From positions 19,158,001 to 19,222,000 of the forward strand of contig CM106586.1 of assembly GCA_048013815.1 (NCBI GenBank): 64,000 nucleotides of DNA, read 5' to 3'. Shown in pieces: positions 58,367 through 64,000 of the stretch. The notes below the pieces were generated by a model that saw only the letters and a program-made list of their open reading frames with translations, ran no database searches and had not been told where the DNA came from. A program made the translations under genes and the position numbers. Within the stretch, counting starts at the first letter, position 1. Every line of letters begins with the position of its first letter. Origin of the DNA: Setoptus koraiensis (lineage: Eukaryota; Animalia; Arthropoda).

Positions 58367-60430
58367 TTTCGTCGCTCCGTCTCGTCGGCAGTTAATTCCC
58401 CGCGCTCCACCGAGCTGCGAGTTGCCCTTTCGTCGGCGGCGTCACCGTCGGCAGGCCGGCAAGACGAGCGTGAGTTGCGTCGTCCCTCGACAGGCACTTG
58501 TGCTCGCGAGTCGCGAGTCAGCCGTCGCCCGAGTGCCTGTTTCCAGCAGCCGCTGGCGTGCGATTTGGCCGCACATTCGCAGCACATTCGCCGCACACTG
58601 GCTGCGGTGGCGCGCTCAGCGTCTGCAATGCGCGCCCTTGTGCGCGTCACGCCAACATATGCGAGCGCAAGCCAGTCAATGCAAAATTGTGAGCGAGCTT
58701 GCGATTGCCACGCCACTTTGACAGTGTTAGTGGCACCAGCGCGAGCCCATCTAAGCCAGTTTGTGGCCAATTCGCGTGCACTCGCACCACAACGCGCTCG
58801 CACACACACAAACTGGCTTCGATGGGCGCAAATCGGCCAGCTCGCTCCCATTCGCTCCTTTTGTTTATGCGATGATGCTAACTCGCGCGCACACGATAGA
58901 ATAATTCTCGCAACTGCCAACAGCGACCACAAACTGCGCGCTGTTACTGCGATATCGGTGCAAACTGTGCACCTATGGCGACCACTTGGCAATGCCAAGT
59001 TTGCATCGTGTGCACGCCATCAACTTGCACCATTGACTTGTCCTATAACGCACACCTACACCATTGTCGAGCGACACTCCGTCCCATCAAAGAGTTGTCA
59101 TCCATACCGTCGCCAGCAACCTGTTTATCTATTCAGCCGGCCCGCTTAGCCGGCGCGATCGGCGGGTGCAGCGGTGCGTGGCCGCTCGCATCATTTTGTT
59201 TCGGCCGCTTTGGCCGTTTCTGGCGTCTTGGCCAGTTTGGCCTTTGCCGACTGCCAGTGTCGACTGGACGCAAGCGGTGCGAGCAATGTCGCGCGTCATG
59301 CTAAATATTGGCGATTAATTGAAACTCGACGCTCGCCAAGTCGAACGGCTGACGGGTTGACGCGCGGCCAAAAGTCAACCCGGCAAACAAACAACTTTCT
59401 AAAGCTCTCTCTCTCTCTATAGCGCACAGTCAGGGTGCGACACCCACAGGCCATATCGCACGCAGCACGGTGTCAGCGAGTGGCTGGCTGCCGTCAGACA
59501 GAGAGGTGACTCGACAGATAATGGCCCATGTTTGCAATAGAGGAAGAGCAACAACTAATTGAGCATGACGCTGACATTGAACTATGCGCTGCTGTCTGCC
59601 ATGGACTAGACACTTGTGCATAGTTGCGTCAATCGTTGTCGCTCGGCGGCGTTTTGTCAGCGGCTGGCAAGTTGGCAGCTCGGTGGCTCGGCGGCTCGGT
59701 GGCTCGGCGGCTCGGCAATTCGGCAACTCGGCAGAAAAACGCATACAACATGGCTTGTTGCTAGTTACAGTTGATGCCGTCGATTGTTGGCGGCCGCTAG
59801 CTAACCGTGCGCCCGCACGAAGCGAGCCGATTGTGTGAGCGCCCGATTGCAAAATTGTGCACACACAAACAGATAAAAGAGACAGCGAGAAATGTAATCC
59901 GGCGTCTAACGACTGCATGTTCACCTGTCCCTGCTACCTGTGTCACATGCAAACGGCCGACACAACAGCCGGCGAGAGCAGCCAGCCAGACAGCCAGCGA
60001 AACGGCCGGCGAGACAGCCAGCGCGACAGGTAGAGACGGGCAGAGACAGGTAGAGAACGGACAAGACAATGATGCATAAACATGCTAAAAGTGATTGGCA
60101 GATGGGGACAACTTTTTAGCGTTTGTCTCCTCTCGTTCACCTGTACACTTTTTTACACTTTGCCACATTTACACGGCATTCGCCAGGCATTTACAGGCAA
60201 CGTCAACTGTCCGACCGACAGCCTGCCGCTCGCGACAGCCAGCCGCACCGACAGGTGTAACAGACAGAGACAAAGGCACGTTTATTATTGCGAATGCGGC
60301 TGAATGCGGCCCATTAAGCGACATCGAGCTGCCTGACAGGCGCGCAGTGCGCGTATGCAAATGACTTTGATGAGCCAGCTAATTGTTGTCGTCGTCGCTG
60401 GCCCGAAAACTCTGCCACAGCTCACATTGC

Positions 60431-60520
60431 GAGCGCTGGAATTGCGAAAACTCCGATCCCGAGAGCCGAAATTGCGAAAACTCCGATTCCGAGCGCTGAA
60501 ATTGCGAAAACTCAAATTCC
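60431..60520. repeat. 30-bp tandem repeat GAGMGCYGRAATTGCGAAAACTCCGATYCC x3
   Basis: Three copies at 60431, 60461 and 60491. Confidence 0.9.
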
Positions 60521-62537
60521 GAAAGTGGCCAATGGCGTCAACAGTGCATTGTGTTGCTCTTGTCGCGTGGGAGCGAGCTGCGCGCCGCTGTTCCGTTCGG
60601 ACGGTCTAAGCAGTGCGCACCGTTGTGACTGTGCAAAAGGGGCGAACAGCTATCATCACTACGAACATCACTAGCCGTGTGAGGCGCACACGGCCCGCAA
60701 TGTGCAAATTAATGCACGTTTATCTTATTAGATTAGCGCGGCAGCAAGCTCGGCACAGCCGGGCCGGCCGGATAGAGTCGGCGATATTGTGGCACTGCTG
60801 GCGATGATAAAAGATAAAAATTGTGTGTGAATTAATTCTCAATTGTGTGCGCTCTATGGCAATTCTTTTGTCGACAAATGGCGGCCTTGGAATGGTTGGC
60901 GGCAATCAACTAGAAAGTAGACTAGTCTAGTCTTTTACATGTCGAGCCGGCCGGTCTAGCTGGCAACTGGAGCACACCTAGCGGCAGGCTGCAGCAATAA
61001 AAATAAATACAAAAATAAATTCATGAATTCATAACTGACGTCTCGGATAGTGCACATTCGACAGAGATAGTTGACACACACACACACTGATAGATGGGCT
61101 GACAGGTGATAAGGATCGCGGTGGTCGTCACCGAGCAACGAGATAGATAAAAAGATAGACACATACGCGATAGATGCAACCATACGATAACTAACCCTCC
61201 TATAATTGGCCCTATTATCGGTTGGTCTAACTCTGGGCCTCGGCCAGACCGGTCGGCTGGGCCAGCGAGTGCCCCAATAACACTGACACTGGCCTAGTGA
61301 GCGGCCTAGTCGGCCCGGCGCTACACACGGGGGCGGCCTATAGAAAGCTAGCCTATAAAGAGCAATTGTGACACTCGGCGCCAAAGTCAATCTAAACTGG
61401 AGCGATGCTAAAGTGGCCAATTAGCGTGCCTATAATGAATGGTTATGTAACGTACACACACGATGCTACCAATCGCATGCCAATCTATATGGCTACATAA
61501 CGCTGCACATAACTTGGTTGGTTTTGTACATTACACCGGTCGACTTTGCGGCCAAACCCGACAAGTCCGGCCCGGCACTGTAGTGAATCGCGCTGGCTGG
61601 TTAGATCAAGTGTCAAAAATTGACCATCGGCCGCACAGTTGACAGTCAGCTGATTGTCAAATTGATGGCTACATTATAGGTGGCTGTGTTGGCACGCTCT
61701 CACACTATGACACTATGATACTATGATACTATGATACAAATGATGGTCACAATCGACACCAAGACGTAAGTCGCTTCGTAATCGTTCGTTTATTTTGCCT
61801 TTGTCTCTTGGCCGAGACGCGGCATTGTTTGCATGAAAAGTGTGCGCGTGTTACATAATAATAGTTGCAGTTCTTTTTAGGAGAGACAGTGTACAATCAA
61901 TTGAATTCAATGCAAATTTAATTTAATTTAAATTTATTAATAAGTAGTATAGTGGTGTGTAGTGGTAGTTGTGGTTGTTGTTGTTGTTGTGTTGTGGTGA
62001 TGTGGTTGTGCTTGTAGTTGTAATATACAGTTGCAGTCTATTTGACAGTGTTATAACATCCCCTATAGCCCTATAGCTGCAAATGTCCATAGCTCTATAG
62101 TGCAATATGCCAATATACCAATCTTGCCAATATACGGCCATGTGTGTAAGTGTAAGTGTGTTTATGTGTCTAGTCTCACTGTTGCTTGGTTGCCCCAATA
62201 TGATATTGTAATTTTACATATGTTGTTGTTGTTGTTTGTGTCACTAATGATATGTTTGCTACGTGCTTGTTGTCTAGTGTTGTTGTTGTGGTTGTGTAAT
62301 GTAGTTGCACCGAGATCGAGCGTGCGATATGATCGCCTCTGTTGTCGCCACTACAGGTCAATTGCTAGTTGTGTCAGGCTGCCAACTCAATTGCGCTCGC
62401 GTTGGCCTAATTAATAAATTACTATTTATATTCATTAAACTCAATCTGTTTTGTTTGTTGTTGTCGTCGTCGTTGTCGTCGTCGTCGTCGTCGTCGTTGT
62501 TGTTGTTAGTGTCGCTGTTTGTTAGCGCGGTTGCGTG

Positions 62538-64000
62538 CTACTGGACCGCGTAATGTTGCGACAGCTGATAGGTACCTATTGAACGGACATGGTGGCCTGT
62601 CACAGACGCGGCAAGGGCGGACGCGGACGTTGGCGACGACACCGACGATGGGGGCGACGATGATGTCATTGACTCGGTTAGCATGGCGCCCGTTGTGCTG
62701 CCCAGCGGACTGCCGCCCACTACGCCCGCAACGCCGTGCACGCCGGCAGCGCTGGCGGCCGCCACCGAGCTGCCATAGGGTGACCCGACGCCCGCAGCCA
62801 CCGCCATAGAGTACGGGCTCAGATGGTGATGGTGAGCGTTGGCGGCCGCAGCCGCGCTTGCCACCTCATGCGGATGCCCGTGCGGATGACCGGCAGCGGT
62901 TTGGTAGCCCGCGGCGCCCGGGAACACTCTACTGTATATGTTGCCGTAGCCGAGCGGGTCGGGCGCTGCAGCGGCCGAGGCAGCCGCAGCGGCCGTGTTA
63001 TAGTTATTGTAGGCCGCTAAAACGCTGTTCGGGTGATGCGTAGACGGATGATAGGCGGCGGCCATACCATGATAGCCATTGGCCAGCCTATAGGCGATAT
63101 CGGTGGCGCTCGATTGCGTGGGCGTGTTAGCGGCGCTCAATTGCGACGGCGACACCGACGTAGAATTGGCGCCCCCCGCACCGGCCCCATTCAAGCTGGC
63201 GCCCCCGGTAACCGCGTTGGAACTATTGTGCAAGGGTGTGGTGGCGCCCCCGTTCTGGAGGAGGGCGTCCTGTTGTTGTTGTTGGTGTTGTTGTTGTTGT
63301 TGGCTAAGAAGCTGCTGTTGGTGTTGGGCACTAGCACCTGTTATGCTGGATGAGGCCGACGATGAACGGGGTATAGAGCCACTTGCTCCGAACTGCTGCG
63401 AGCCAGCACTTGCATAGGTGGCGCTGTTTTGGTTGGTTGCCGAGGCGCCGTTGCCGCTGTTGGCGCCCCCCGTACCCGCATATAGTGCATATTGGCCTGG
63501 TTGTTGTTGTTGTTGGTGTTGCTGTTGTAGGTGGTGGTGCTGTTGTTGCAGCTGTTGTTGCTGTTGCATATAATGTTGTTGTTGTTGATGGTGGTGATGT
63601 TGTTGTTGTTGTTGCTGCTGCTGTTGATAATGAAGCTGCTGCTGCTGTTGTTGTGGGTGATGCAGTTGTTGCTGTTGTTGCATATAGTGCTGTTGTTGCT
63701 GTTGCTGCTGTAAATGTGGCTGCTGGTGATAGCCGCTGGCCGTTAGTTGTTGTTGTCCTAATGAGGCGGCGGCGGCGGCAGCGCCAATCAATTGACTACC
63801 TGTAGATGATGACGATGTTGACGACGTCGAGGACGAGGTGGTGCATTGTAGTTGCTGCTGTTGACTACTGTGCAAGCTGTTGTGCTGATGTTGTTGTTGA
63901 CTAGCCAATTGTTGTTGTTGTTGTTGTTGTTGCTGTTGTTGGTTGTGGTGTTGGTGATGATTGTGTAGTTGTTGCTGATTTAATAGATGCTGTTGTGCAG
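62538..64000 (-). CDS. 3' part of a Gln/His/Ala/Ser-rich protein, probably the C-terminal exon of a developmental transcription factor (identity unknown; ORF continues past the window end)
   Basis: Frame open from 63998 to TAG at 62538-62540 (~487 codons). PolyQ/H and polyA tracts with interspersed Tyr motifs (AYNNYNT, GYGNIYSR, HLSPYSM). AT-rich 3' flank with a minus-strand AATAAA near 61933-61938. No DNA-binding domain within the window. Confidence 0.65.
   Translation of the reverse strand, partial: AQQHLLNQQQLHNHHQHHNQQQQQQQQQQQLASQQQHQHNSLHSSQQQQLQCTTSSSTSSTSSSSTGSQLIGAAAAAASLGQQQLTASGYHQQPHLQQQQQQQHYMQQQQQLHHPQQQQQQLHYQQQQQQQQQHHHHQQQQHYMQQQQQLQQQHHHLQQQHQQQQQPGQYALYAGTGGANSGNGASATNQNSATYASAGSQQFGASGSIPRSSSASSSITGASAQHQQQLLSQQQQQHQQQQQDALLQNGGATTPLHNSSNAVTGGASLNGAGAGGANSTSVSPSQLSAANTPTQSSATDIAYRLANGYHGMAAAYHPSTHHPNSVLAAYNNYNTAAAAASAAAAPDPLGYGNIYSRVFPGAAGYQTAAGHPHGHPHEVASAAAAANAHHHHLSPYSMAVAAGVGSPYGSSVAAASAAGVHGVAGVVGGSPLGSTTGAMLTESMTSSSPPSSVSSPTSASALAASVTGHHVRSIGTYQLSQHYAVQ

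Noticed and set aside
50843-59149. Long ORFs in the desert (50843-51679, 56499-57272, 56524-57132, 57582-58721, 57799-58998, 58178-59149)
   Set aside because: They overlap in several frames on both strands, run through tandem repeats, are Arg/Ala/Ser-rich as expected for stop-poor GC-rich DNA, and contain no recognisable domain.
25000-62500. Hox cluster elements: homeobox exons and miR-10, miR-993, miR-iab-4 or other conserved miRNA precursors
   Set aside because: A visual scan found no WFQNRR/YPWM-coding sequence or mature miRNA match. Very small exons or divergent miRNAs could have been missed.
1-64000. CRISPR arrays, prokaryotic defence systems, rRNA/tRNA genes, intact transposons
   Set aside because: No repeat-spacer structure, no T-loop or cloverleaf, and no transposase/RT ORFs or terminal repeats seen.

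Overview
Eukaryotic (animal, probably arthropod) genomic DNA in two very different halves. (1) Positions 1-25 kb are a compact, AT-rich gene block with eight recognisable housekeeping/signalling genes: PPP1R16A/Mypt-75D, SERHL2/kraken, EIF2B5, KARS1, a KIDINS220-derived ankyrin gene, a CERS1-like ceramide synthase, MAGI and RAD54L. I can place only five introns among them, all 88-111 nt, and convergent genes are only 62-180 bp apart. This intron poverty resembles streamlined mite genomes such as eriophyoids (inference, not proven). Several proteins have lost whole domains in frame: eIF2B-epsilon lacks its left-handed beta-helix, Kidins220 lacks its KAP NTPase and membrane segments, and MAGI lacks PDZ0/GuK/WW1. 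RAD54 has gained a tandem SQE tail. (2) Positions ~26.5-62.5 kb are a visibly GC- and CpG-richer stretch with no recognisable gene. It is dense in microsatellites, in many unrelated short tandem duplications, and in over-represented motifs (ACAGGTA/CAGGTRAG, TTGCGCAA, TCAGCTGA). It ends at the 3' part of a minus-strand Gln/His/Ala/Ser-rich ORF that runs off the window, probably a developmental transcription factor. No rRNA, tRNA, CRISPR array or intact transposon was seen. All motif counts are hand counts and need computational confirmation.
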